From NCBI GenBank assembly GCA_001778235.1, contig MFGJ01000008.1, forward strand, positions 129,148-193,147: a stretch of 64,000 bases of DNA, written 5' to 3'. This DNA comes from Candidatus Falkowbacteria bacterium RIFOXYC2_FULL_36_12. Lineage in GTDB: Bacteria > Patescibacteriota > Patescibacteriia > UBA11705. A program made the translations under genes and the position numbers. The notes under the pieces are model-generated. The model was given only the letters and a program-made list of their open reading frames with translations, made no database searches and had not been told where the DNA came from. Positions 1 to 9,186 of the stretch are shown one piece after another; the stretch's first letter is position 1, and the number at the start of each line of letters is the position of its first letter.

Positions 1-72
1 ACCGATGATTGTGTCTTCGGCTTGGTTGTTTTCATCTCTCATATAATTGTTTTCATTATCTTTTCCAAACAT
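1..72 (-). CDS. Partial CDS (5' end only), possibly a bactofilin/polymer-forming cytoskeletal protein
   Basis: ATG at 72 preceded by GGAGGG; reads MFGKDNENNYMRDENNQAEDTIIG and runs off the window. 'DTIIG' resembles the first strand of bactofilin domains. Confidence 0.4.
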   Translation of the reverse strand, partial: MFGKDNENNYMRDENNQAEDTIIG

Positions 73-104
73 ATCATTTAATTTCTCCCTCCAATTTATT
101 AAAA

Positions 105-1823
105 TTACATTTCTTTTATAGCTTCTATATTAAGCAATTCTAAACCCTTTAGCAAGACCTGACTAACTTTCTTTAATAACATTAATCTTGCTTGTTTAAC
201 ATCGTTTTCAGCTTTCAATACTTGATGTTTATGATAAAACCCATTAAATTTCTGGGCTAACTCAATTAAATAGGTACACAAATATGAACCTTGATATTTT
301 TCAGCCGATACCACAATACTTTCCTCAAACAAACTTAGATGCTTTATCAAACTTTGTTCTTCAACTTCCTTCAAAACTGTAAAATCAATATTTTCTTTGT
401 TTTTTTCTTTTTTCAAAATTGAATTTATGCGCGCAACTGTATAAAGTAAATAAGGACCAGTCGAACCCTCAATGGACATAGCCTTTTCCATATCAAAAAC
501 AATTACAGTATTATTCTCGTATTTCAGCATCCAGAATTTCAAGGCAGCTAAAGCAATTTTTTCTGCCGTTGAATCAATTTTCTTAACCGACCAATCAGAG
601 TGTCTCTGCGCAGTCTCATTTATCAGCCTCTTCTTCATTTCTCCAAACAATGACATAAAAGTTATTACATTCCCTTTTCTTGAGGCCATAGCTCCATCAG
701 GCAATGTTACAAAATCATATGCAACATGAATTTTTTCTTTATCTTCATATCCCAATAGATCCAACAATTTAAAAATTTGTTTCATGTACAAACTTTGCCT
801 ATTATCAACCAGATAAATCGATTTATCAATTCCAAATTCATCAAATTTCTTTTTCCCGAGTGGTAAATCTTTTGTCCCGTAGAGAACATTCCCATCAGAT
901 TTAATCAAAACCAATACATCCAGACCAAATTTTTTCAACTCTGCGATTATTGCCCCTTCACTCTCTTTTATTTCAGGGATTGTTTTATTTTTTACAATTT
1001 CATTAATCAATTTCTTGCCTTCAATTTCCTCTTCACTCTCAAAAAACCATTGATCAAATTTTACACCAAGTAAATCATATACAACCTGAAACCCATCCAT
1101 ACTCCACTCTTTTGTTTGTTGCCATAGCTTAACCATATCACTATCCTGATTCTCCAATTTTCTCTGAATTTCAGAAACTTCCTGACTCAACTCTGGATTT
1201 TCTTCTAATTTTTGGACCGCTTCAGCATACATTTGACCAAGAAACTCACCTTTACTTTTATTTTCAACAAGGTAATTTCCACTAGGAAACTTTTTTTGTA
1301 AAAACCACAAACATTTTGCCACATGCACTCCAGCATCACCAATATAGTTGGCTGCTATCACCTCATTACCTTGATATCGCAAAATATTAACCAGTGATGA
1401 CCCAAGGCAAGCATTTCGTAAATGTCCCACATGAAATTCCTTATGTGTATTTGGTTGTGAATACTCAACCATAACTTTACTCGCTATTCTCACTTTACTC
1501 GCTGTACTCGCTGTACTCGCTGTACTCACTTTTCCCGCTTTCAACACACTTTCATTCCATTTCCCGAGTTTTAACTGAAAATTCAAGTATGGCCCAGTAG
1601 CCTCAACCCTTTCCCAAAGATTACCTTTAATTTGAGTCAATTTTTTACTTAATTCACTGGCAAACTGTGCAGGATTTTGTTTTTTTTCTTTTGCTAGCTG
1701 AAAAACTGGCAAAGCAAATTGCCCCAATTCAATTTTTGGTGGATTAGCCAAAATATTTTCTTCAAACTCCGTATTCAAAATTTTATTTATCTCTTCAACC
1801 AATTGTTTTTTTATACCTTTCAT
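105..1823 (-). CDS. argS: Arginine--tRNA ligase
   Basis: VEYSQPNTHKEFHVGHLRN (HIGH-like), GAMASRKG, GPYLLYTVARINSIL and a DALR-type C-terminus ending in M; ATG at 1823 chosen as start. Confidence 0.96.
   Translation of the reverse strand: MKGIKKQLVEEINKILNTEFEENILANPPKIELGQFALPVFQLAKEKKQNPAQFASELSKKLTQIKGNLWERVEATGPYLNFQLKLGKWNESVLKAGKVSTASTASTASKVRIASKVMVEYSQPNTHKEFHVGHLRNACLGSSLVNILRYQGNEVIAANYIGDAGVHVAKCLWFLQKKFPSGNYLVENKSKGEFLGQMYAEAVQKLEENPELSQEVSEIQRKLENQDSDMVKLWQQTKEWSMDGFQVVYDLLGVKFDQWFFESEEEIEGKKLINEIVKNKTIPEIKESEGAIIAELKKFGLDVLVLIKSDGNVLYGTKDLPLGKKKFDEFGIDKSIYLVDNRQSLYMKQIFKLLDLLGYEDKEKIHVAYDFVTLPDGAMASRKGNVITFMSLFGEMKKRLINETAQRHSDWSVKKIDSTAEKIALAALKFWMLKYENNTVIVFDMEKAMSIEGSTGPYLLYTVARINSILKKEKNKENIDFTVLKEVEEQSLIKHLSLFEESIVVSAEKYQGSYLCTYLIELAQKFNGFYHKHQVLKAENDVKQARLMLLKKVSQVLLKGLELLNIEAIKEM
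1496..1527. repeat. In-frame 9-bp tandem repeat (GCTGTACTC)x3 inside argS
   Basis: TACTC followed by 3 exact copies at 1501-1527; encodes STASTASTAS. Confidence 0.9.
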
Positions 1824-1872
1824 ATATTTATTATTAAAGTCACAATTCATCACTAATTCTCAATCTTCATCA

Positions 1873-2352
1873 TTACTTCCTATATCTCAACCGATCCAGC
1901 TTCTCAATAATATTTTCTTCTTTTTGTAAAATCTGATGTTGTTGTTGCAGAATTTTATCTTCAATCTTTTGAGTTTCTCTGATTTTATCAAGGAAAACAT
2001 CTCCTTCCTTATCAAAATCTTGTTTTACGCTACGAAAATACGGACGCATAAAAAGCGAACTAATCAAGATTAATACTTGCACCACAAAAATTATAAATAA
2101 TATCACTACCAAACTAAATGTCACGAGAGAAATCATTCTTCCTACCAAAGTAATTGCTGACAAATCATCATTACCAAATTTAAAAATATTTTCCACAATA
2201 CGGAATGAATCATTTAGATCGCTGACTTCTGGGTTAATTTGATTTTCAACAATAAACAACAAAAAATTTGCTGATATTAATATAATAACAAAAAACAATC
2301 CCAAAAAACCCAATATCAACCATGATTTTCTTCTTTTTAATTTAGCCTCCAT
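1873..2352 (-). CDS. 2-TM membrane protein resembling a KcsA-type channel subunit with a degenerate filter
   Basis: TM1, then ENQINPEVSDLNDSF, FGNDDLSAITLVGR, TM2 and a C-terminal coiled coil; spacing matches TVGYGDxxPxTxxGR. Confidence 0.55.
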   Translation of the reverse strand: MEAKLKRRKSWLILGFLGLFFVIILISANFLLFIVENQINPEVSDLNDSFRIVENIFKFGNDDLSAITLVGRMISLVTFSLVVILFIIFVVQVLILISSLFMRPYFRSVKQDFDKEGDVFLDKIRETQKIEDKILQQQHQILQKEENIIEKLDRLRYRK

Positions 2353-2407
2353 ATTTTTTCCTATTGGCACTCTGAACCTACAACAAAGGTTTCAGGGGAT
2401 TTATAAA

Positions 2408-3601
2408 CTATTTTATTTTTACAAAATGCCTCTTACCCTTTTGGACAACATCACCGCTTTTAACTTCAAACTCAACCGAATTTATAATTTCATCATTTAT
2501 TTTAACTGCTTTTTGCTCTACCATTCTCTTTGCTTCAGATTTTGAAATTACAAGGCCTGTCTCAATCAAAACATCTACAATATTAAAATTTGAAACTGTT
2601 TTTTCCTCAATTTCATCTGGCCGTTCCTTCTTCTGAAACATTTGGACAAAATTTTCTTCAGCCTTATCAGCCCTATCTTCATCAAAATAAAACTCAACAA
2701 TTTCCTTGGCTAACTCAACTTTCAAATCTCTTGGATTTTCACCTTGTTTCAATCTTTCTTCAAATAATTTTAATTTAACCGATTCAACCATTGTACAAAG
2801 TTCAAACCCCGGAATAATCATGCCATCTGTCCAGCTCATTACCTTGCCAAACATATCATCAGGACTATCAGCCAAAGTAATCATGTTTCCTTCAGATTTT
2901 CCCATTTTTATTCCTGATGGATCTGTCAATAATTTATTAGTCAAAACAAATTTTTCCTTCATTCCAAGCGATTTCATCAAATCCCGACCAGCAAGCATAT
3001 TAAAAGTCTGATCATTACCACCGACTTCACCATCAACATCCATTGCAACTGAATCATAACCTTGCATCAGCGGATACAAAAATTCATGTAAACTAATCGG
3101 TTTACCCTCTTTCATTCTTTTCTGGTACATATCCCTCTCAAGAAACTGCTGGACCGTAAAATTTGAAGCCAAATCAATCACCTGCCGAAAATCAAGTTTA
3201 TCTAACCATTTATGATTAAACTTTATTTCAACTTTATTCTTACCAGTGAAATCAAGTATTTTTTCAGCTTGTTTTTTATAATTTTTAGCATTTATCAATA
3301 CTTGTTCTCGAGTCAAAGGCTTTCTAGTTGCAGATTTGTCAGTCGGGTCACCAATCATTGCAGTAAAACTACCAATTAAAATTATAACCTGATGCCCAAG
3401 CTGTTGAAACTCGCGAAGCTTCATAAAATTTATCGCGTGTCCCAAATGCAAATCAGTTCCGGTCGGGTCAATACCTAAATATAGAGTTAATCTTTGCCCA
3501 GACTTTAATCTTTTCTCTAAAAATTCTCTGCTCGGATAAATATTCTGCACGCCTCGAGTTAATAACTTTTCTATTTTCTGGGAATCTGTATCAATTTTCA
3601 T
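2408..3601 (-). CDS. tyrS: Tyrosine--tRNA ligase
   Basis: YLGIDPTGTDLHLGH, YPLMQGYD, GGNDQTFN, KMGKS, C-terminal S4-like domain. Confidence 0.97.
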   Translation of the reverse strand: MKIDTDSQKIEKLLTRGVQNIYPSREFLEKRLKSGQRLTLYLGIDPTGTDLHLGHAINFMKLREFQQLGHQVIILIGSFTAMIGDPTDKSATRKPLTREQVLINAKNYKKQAEKILDFTGKNKVEIKFNHKWLDKLDFRQVIDLASNFTVQQFLERDMYQKRMKEGKPISLHEFLYPLMQGYDSVAMDVDGEVGGNDQTFNMLAGRDLMKSLGMKEKFVLTNKLLTDPSGIKMGKSEGNMITLADSPDDMFGKVMSWTDGMIIPGFELCTMVESVKLKLFEERLKQGENPRDLKVELAKEIVEFYFDEDRADKAEENFVQMFQKKERPDEIEEKTVSNFNIVDVLIETGLVISKSEAKRMVEQKAVKINDEIINSVEFEVKSGDVVQKGKRHFVKIK

Positions 3602-3612
3602 ATAATTTATTT

Positions 3613-6600
3613 TTATTCTAATTCTTCTAATTGATTTTGTAATTTTTCTATCTTTTCTTTTGCTTCATTAAATTTCCTTTGTTCTTCAGCCACCACCAGT
3701 TCAGGAGCATTTTTCATAAATTCTTCATTTCCCAATTTTTTCTCCAAACCTAATACATATTTTTTACTGTTATCAATCTCACTCTTCAGTCGTTCAATTT
3801 CCTTATCAATATCAAGCAATTCAGCCAAAGGCAAATAAATTTCCACATCTGAAACAATCGCGGTCGCAGATTTCTCTGGTTTTTCAATTACCAGTTCAAT
3901 TTTTTCTAAACGGGCTAAGCTCATGATTATGCCAAATTGACTTTGCAATCTCTCTCCAGCTTTTATTTGAATCTTTATTTTTTTCGCCGGATCAATTTTG
4001 TATTCAGAACGCATATTTCTTATTTTCCCAATCACAACCTGCAGTTGTTCAAACTCTTTCACTCCCTCTTTATCAATCATTTTCTTATCAAATTGTGGAA
4101 ATTTACTTACCATCAACTCTTGTTCTGAACCTAAATTTTGCCAAATTGCTTCAGTCACAAAAGGCATGAACGGATGCCACATTTTGAGCAAATTTTTCAA
4201 TATATGAATCAAAACCACATCTTTGTCATTTTCAACCTTAGCAATTTCCAAATACCAATCAGCCAAATCATTCCAAGTAAATTCTTTTAATAAATCTCCC
4301 GCACCTGAAAAATTATACTCATCAAGCATTTTTGTTACATCCTGAATCAAAGTATTAAATTTTGACAATATCCATCTATCACTCAAACTAACATTTTTAT
4401 TCAATTCAAATTTTGAGTCTCTTTTTTCAGGATTCAATGTCATCAAAATATACCTAGAAATATTCCAAAGTTTATTAACAAAATTTCTATATCCTTCAAT
4501 TTTTTCATCATAAAGTCTAATATCATTACCAGCCGTATTACCAATAAGCAAACTCAATCTTACCGCATCAAATCCATACTTATCTCCAGCCTGAAGCGGA
4601 TCAATTGCTGTTTCAGGTTTTGATTTTGACATTTTATCTCCATTTTTATCTCGAACCAATCCGTGCAAATACACATTTTCAAATGGAACCTCTCCCTTTA
4701 CATAGGTTGTCATCAAAATCATTCTAGCCACCCAGAAAAATAAAATATCATAACCAGTCTCCATCACAGTTGTTGGATGAAATCTTTTCATGTCTTTACC
4801 CTCAAATTTTTTCCCATTCCAATCTTCGGGCAACAAAGTTGAAAAAGTCCAAAGACCTGAACTGAACCAAGTATCTAGAGTATCTGAATCCTGATAAATA
4901 TTTTCCAATCCATTCGGAGACTCTACATTGGTTAATTTTATTTTTATATTTTCACCTGTTTCAGGATAACCAAGTTTAAAAATTTCTTCATCAGTTAAAT
5001 TTTTGTGCATCCCTTGAGCCATTCTAAGCACATCTCCATGGCTAACAACCAACACCTTTTTCCCTGAATATTTTTTCAATATATCTGTTAAACAACTGAA
5101 AACTCGCTTTTTTTGGTGCAGAAAAGATTCAATTCCCTTTGGGCTATCATTTCTCCAAGCTTCAAAATCAGCTTCGCGAAAATGGACAAAATCTCCTACC
5201 GACTTGCCTTCAAACTCACCAACACCCACTTCCCTCAATCTTTCATCAAATATTACTTTTAATTTTAATTCTTTATTTAATATTCCAACTGTTTCTTTTG
5301 TCCGACTAAAATCAGAAGCATAAATAATATCAAACTTTTCATTTTTTAATTTTTCAGCCATTATTTTAATTTGCTTCTTACCTGTTCCAGTCAAACCATT
5401 TTCCAGATTATCAATATCTGAACTCAAAACTCCTTTTTCATTTGTCTTAGCTTCTCCATGTCTCTGCAAAACAATTTCAGTCGGCTTGGCATCAGAAATA
5501 ATCGGCTGTTTTAAATCCTTGTCATACCAAACAGGAATTTGGTGTCCAAACCAAATCTGACGGGAAATACACCAATTATGTAAATTTTCCATCCAATGAA
5601 AATAAACCTTTTCAAATCTTTCTGGAATTATATTAATTTCTTTGTCTTTTACTACCTTGATTGCCACTTGTTTCAAGCTTGCTCCATTACTGAAATATTT
5701 ATTACCTTTTTTTGTGATTTTTTTATTGACATCAATAAACCATTGATCAGAAATTAATGGCTCAATCACTGTTTTACATCTATAACAGACAGATATTTTA
5801 TTATCATAATCATCATCAATCTTCTCAATCAACCCCATAGCCTTCATATCCTTTACTATTGATTCTCTCGCTTCCAAACTTGTCATCCCAACATATTTCC
5901 CACAATTAGCCATCATCCGACCATCTTCATCAATAATTTGCTTGATAGGTAATTCATTTCGCTCGGCAATCTCATAATCAACCAAACTATGCGCTGGAGT
6001 CACTTTTACCGCTCCTGTTCCGAATTCTGGGTCTACAGCCTCATCTGCAACTACAGTTATCTCAAACTCACCCAAAACACCTGGGATCATATACTTTTTA
6101 CCAATCATCGATTTATACCTTTTATCCTTTGGATTTACCGCTACGGCTGTATCACCAAGTTTTGTTTCTGGTCTAGTTGTTGCCAAAACAAACGGACCAT
6201 ATTTAAGCCAATACAACTTACTTTTAGTTTCTTTATATTCTATTTCATCATCTGCCAGAGTCGTATGACACCGCGGACACCAATTTACAATCCTATTGCC
6301 CCTGATTACAAGACCATCATCATACATCATTTTGAAAACTTTTCGCACCGCCATACTACGAACATCATCTAGGGTATATGTTTCTCTACTCCAATCTACA
6401 CTTGAACCCATTTTTCTAGTCTGATTGGTAATTGTTTTCTTGCTCTGACTTACAAAATCCTCAACTTTATTCAAAAAAGCTTCTCTACCTAAATCATGTC
6501 TGGTTTTTCCTTCGTCATTGAATATTTTCTTCTCCACAACATTCTGTGTTGCGATCGCCGCATGATCAAAGCCTGGCAACCAAAGAGTATCAAAACCCTG

Positions 6601-6816
6601 CATTCTTTTGTATCGAATCATCAAATCTTCAATCGCCAACATTGCCGCATGTCCTAAATGCAAAGAACCTGTCACATTTGGTGGTGGCAGTACAATTGAA
6701 AAAGCCTTACCTTTATTATTAATTGTATCAGGATTAAAAAATTTCTTTTCTTCCCAATTATTGTAAATTTTTTCCTCAAAATCTTTTGGGCAATAAGCTT
6801 TTGGCAATTCTTTCAT
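3613..6816 (-). CDS. valS: Valine--tRNA ligase with an inserted histidine-phosphatase domain
   Basis: PPPNVTGSLHLGH, TTRPET, WCISRQ, DTWFSS, KMSKS, C-terminal coiled coil; RHG...SHG domain inserted at about 4930-5485. Confidence 0.96.
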   Translation of the reverse strand: MKELPKAYCPKDFEEKIYNNWEEKKFFNPDTINNKGKAFSIVLPPPNVTGSLHLGHAAMLAIEDLMIRYKRMQGFDTLWLPGFDHAAIATQNVVEKKIFNDEGKTRHDLGREAFLNKVEDFVSQSKKTITNQTRKMGSSVDWSRETYTLDDVRSMAVRKVFKMMYDDGLVIRGNRIVNWCPRCHTTLADDEIEYKETKSKLYWLKYGPFVLATTRPETKLGDTAVAVNPKDKRYKSMIGKKYMIPGVLGEFEITVVADEAVDPEFGTGAVKVTPAHSLVDYEIAERNELPIKQIIDEDGRMMANCGKYVGMTSLEARESIVKDMKAMGLIEKIDDDYDNKISVCYRCKTVIEPLISDQWFIDVNKKITKKGNKYFSNGASLKQVAIKVVKDKEINIIPERFEKVYFHWMENLHNWCISRQIWFGHQIPVWYDKDLKQPIISDAKPTEIVLQRHGEAKTNEKGVLSSDIDNLENGLTGTGKKQIKIMAEKLKNEKFDIIYASDFSRTKETVGILNKELKLKVIFDERLREVGVGEFEGKSVGDFVHFREADFEAWRNDSPKGIESFLHQKKRVFSCLTDILKKYSGKKVLVVSHGDVLRMAQGMHKNLTDEEIFKLGYPETGENIKIKLTNVESPNGLENIYQDSDTLDTWFSSGLWTFSTLLPEDWNGKKFEGKDMKRFHPTTVMETGYDILFFWVARMILMTTYVKGEVPFENVYLHGLVRDKNGDKMSKSKPETAIDPLQAGDKYGFDAVRLSLLIGNTAGNDIRLYDEKIEGYRNFVNKLWNISRYILMTLNPEKRDSKFELNKNVSLSDRWILSKFNTLIQDVTKMLDEYNFSGAGDLLKEFTWNDLADWYLEIAKVENDKDVVLIHILKNLLKMWHPFMPFVTEAIWQNLGSEQELMVSKFPQFDKKMIDKEGVKEFEQLQVVIGKIRNMRSEYKIDPAKKIKIQIKAGERLQSQFGIIMSLARLEKIELVIEKPEKSATAIVSDVEIYLPLAELLDIDKEIERLKSEIDNSKKYVLGLEKKLGNEEFMKNAPELVVAEEQRKFNEAKEKIEKLQNQLEELE

Positions 6817-6987
6817 AAATATAAATCAATTATTACGAACAAAAATTCGCAAAATTTATTTTCTAGATTTAATTGTATTTACTCTTAAATTCTAACATTA
6901 TTTTATCCTAAATTCAACAAAAACTCTCAATAAATTAGCCAACATTGACTTTTATCCCCAAAAATTGCCAGAACACTAAAATTTCTA

Positions 6988-7016
6988 TTGACACCACCTT
7001 GAAAATCCCTTATGAT
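6988..7016 (+). promoter_or_regulatory. Sigma70 promoter for the DHH-like gene
   Basis: TTGACA-N17-TATGAT. Confidence 0.6.
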
Positions 7017-7088
7017 TTCTAATTACTAGCACAAAAACAACCAACCAAGTATAGTCTCCAATTTTTAATATCTAATCAATCAACCTTC

Positions 7089-8210
7089 ATGTCACTAACC
7101 GAAACACAACAAATTTACGAAGCTCTAAAAAATAGCCAAAACGCACTAATCACTTTCTCACCCAATGCCAATGGTGATGCCGTCGCTTCTAGTTTGGCCT
7201 TATCTCTTTTATTAAAAAAAATGAACAAAAATCATGAGATAGTCAGTAATAATTTTTCAGCCTATGATTTATACCATTTTTTACCAAATATAACTTCTAT
7301 AAAAAGTACTCTGACGGGTTTACGAAAATTTTTGTTAAAATTAAATTTACAATCAAATGAGTTAAACAAAATGAATCACTTTATTGAAGACTCATTTCTC
7401 CATATTGAACTCGAACCAAAATCTGGCATATTTTCAGAATCAGATCTTCATTTATCTCATTCAAAGTATAAATATGATTTGATTATTACCATCAGTACCC
7501 CTGATCTCGAATCCCTTGAACAAATATTTGAACACCATACTGATTTCTTCTACCAAACACCAATATTAAACATTGACCATTCTACTGACAATGAATATTT
7601 TGGTCACTACAATTATGTCAATGTAACCGCTTCATCAGCTTCAGAAATATTATATGATTTAATTAATAATATTGATAAAAATTTAGTTGATGAACCTATT
7701 GCTACCTGCCTTTTGACAGGAATGATCCTAAAAACTCAAAGTTTCCGAACCACCAAAGTTACTCCAAAAAGCTTAAACATTGCAGGAGATCTAATAGCTA
7801 CCGGAGCAGATAGGGCAAATATCATTCGTAATCTCTACCAAACAAAATCTCTAAATACTCTAAAACTTTGGGGCAAACTGCTTCAAAAACTTGAACTTAA
7901 TCAATCAAAACAAATTGCTATTTCTCATCTTACGCTTGATGATTTCAAACAAACAAAAAGCACTCCCGAACAAATCCCAGGAGTGATTGAAGAATTGATT
8001 ACCAATATTCCTACTATCAAGTTAACAGTTATTTTTTATGAAACACAAAACTCTCTTTCAGTCCTTATAAAATCTGAAAATGATCTAAATCTCTTGGAAA
8101 AACTTTATTTATTCAACCCAAAAGGTAATAAAAACATGGTAAAAATCAAACTTGGACCAGCAGATAAAATCAAACTACTCGAGAAACTATACACTATAAT
8201 AACCAAGTAA
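7089..8210 (+). CDS. DHH/NrnA-like phosphoesterase homolog with degenerate catalytic motifs
   Basis: NANGDAVAS, ILNIDHSTDNEYFG, SASEIL, ATCLLTGMILKTQSF follow the NrnA layout. Confidence 0.75.
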   Translation: MSLTETQQIYEALKNSQNALITFSPNANGDAVASSLALSLLLKKMNKNHEIVSNNFSAYDLYHFLPNITSIKSTLTGLRKFLLKLNLQSNELNKMNHFIEDSFLHIELEPKSGIFSESDLHLSHSKYKYDLIITISTPDLESLEQIFEHHTDFFYQTPILNIDHSTDNEYFGHYNYVNVTASSASEILYDLINNIDKNLVDEPIATCLLTGMILKTQSFRTTKVTPKSLNIAGDLIATGADRANIIRNLYQTKSLNTLKLWGKLLQKLELNQSKQIAISHLTLDDFKQTKSTPEQIPGVIEELITNIPTIKLTVIFYETQNSLSVLIKSENDLNLLEKLYLFNPKGNKNMVKIKLGPADKIKLLEKLYTIITK

Positions 8211-8348
8211 ATACTACTTCACAAACCCATTTTTTTATGCTATTATAGCTTTAGTTTCCTAATTCAAGGTTACTTGAGACATAGAATAACTCAATCACAC
8301 ATTCACACTTTACTTGCATTTCTCGCTTTGTTCTTATCTCGCTTTTTC

Positions 8349-8425
8349 GGGCCTGTAGCTCAGTTGGTTAGAGCACCACTCTTATAAAGTGGGGGTCATG
8401 GGTTCAAGTCCCATCAGGCCTACCA
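8349..8425 (+). tRNA. tRNA-Ile (anticodon UAU)
   Basis: Cloverleaf: GGGCCTG/CAGGCCT acceptor, GCTC/GAGC D-stem, CCACT-CTTATAA-AGTGG anticodon arm, GGTTCAAGTCC T-arm, encoded CCA. Confidence 0.92.
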
Positions 8426-8426
8426 T

Positions 8427-8503
8427 GGGCAATTAGCTCAGTTGGTTAGAGCGCATCATTGACGTTGATGAGGTCAGAAGTTCGACTCTTCTATTGCCCA
8501 CCA
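8427..8503 (+). tRNA. tRNA-Val (anticodon GAC)
   Basis: GGGCAAT/ATTGCCC acceptor, CATCA-TTGACGT-TGATG anticodon arm, GTTCGAC T-loop, encoded CCA. Confidence 0.93.
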
Positions 8504-8859
8504 CATACCGTCTTGTATGTGGTCCACATCGAAAAATGCATTTATATGTATTTTTTATTTTAAAATAAAAGCACCACCATATAGGTGGTGGGCAGGGGTA
8601 GTCTTTAGGTACGATCATGGTAAAAAATATTACCAATCAATTGAACCATGTCAATCAGATTTTGCCAATTCGCCCCACTAAAAAAGATTACTCTTTACAT
8701 AGATAATTGGTCGATAAATCAACATTATCATTGTCCAACCATAAAATGGATAAGCTTAGCATATTAATTATATGAATTTTAACTTGAATTGTCAAATTAA
8801 ATCCTTTATTTGTAGATTTGTGGTAAATTTGCAATTTGTGGACAATACTTTTTTCTTTA

Positions 8860-8892
8860 AAAACAAAAAAGAGTCTGCTTATTAACAAACTC
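8860..8892 (-). terminator. Intrinsic terminator after orphan unit A
   Basis: Minus strand: GAGTTTG-TTAATAAG-CAGACTC followed by TTTTTTGTTTT. Confidence 0.6.
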
Positions 8893-9155
8893 TAACAACT
8901 TTTCTTCAAAACCGCCATTGTCACATTTGAATCAAGATAATAATCATGCAGATTGAAATAGTGAATTTGACCGATATTATCAACTGCTTTAATTCCAAAT
9001 TTCTTCAAATCAAATGCTCTAAATGAAATATAATCATCAAATCCAACTCCAATCACTCTCATCAATGAATCTTCAGCAATCACATTCAACCAGAAAATTT
9101 TTCCAATATAGAAAACTTCATTCAAACTCACTTCAGCATCTCTTCGTCCATCCAT
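8892..9155 (-). CDS. Hypothetical protein (orphan unit A, gene 2)
   Basis: ATG at 9155 with AGGAAGGAG SD; no recognisable motif. Confidence 0.6.
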   Translation of the reverse strand: MDGRRDAEVSLNEVFYIGKIFWLNVIAEDSLMRVIGVGFDDYISFRAFDLKKFGIKAVDNIGQIHYFNLHDYYLDSNVTMAVLKKSC

Positions 9156-9186
9156 GATTTGCTCCTTCCTCGAAGGCAAGCTTGAT

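Noticed and set aside
6995-7005. boxA-like CACCTTGAAAA upstream of the DHH-like gene
   Set aside because: It lies inside the -35/-10 spacer and would not be transcribed from that promoter. It shows the motif can arise by chance, so it was not counted. Weak matches near the tRNA (8268-8280) and rpmB leaders were also left out.
8818-8846. DnaA-box cluster / oriC (TGTGGTAAA, TGTGGACAA)
   Set aside because: Only two imperfect boxes, no dnaA nearby, and no visible switch in the C-over-G bias of the + strand.
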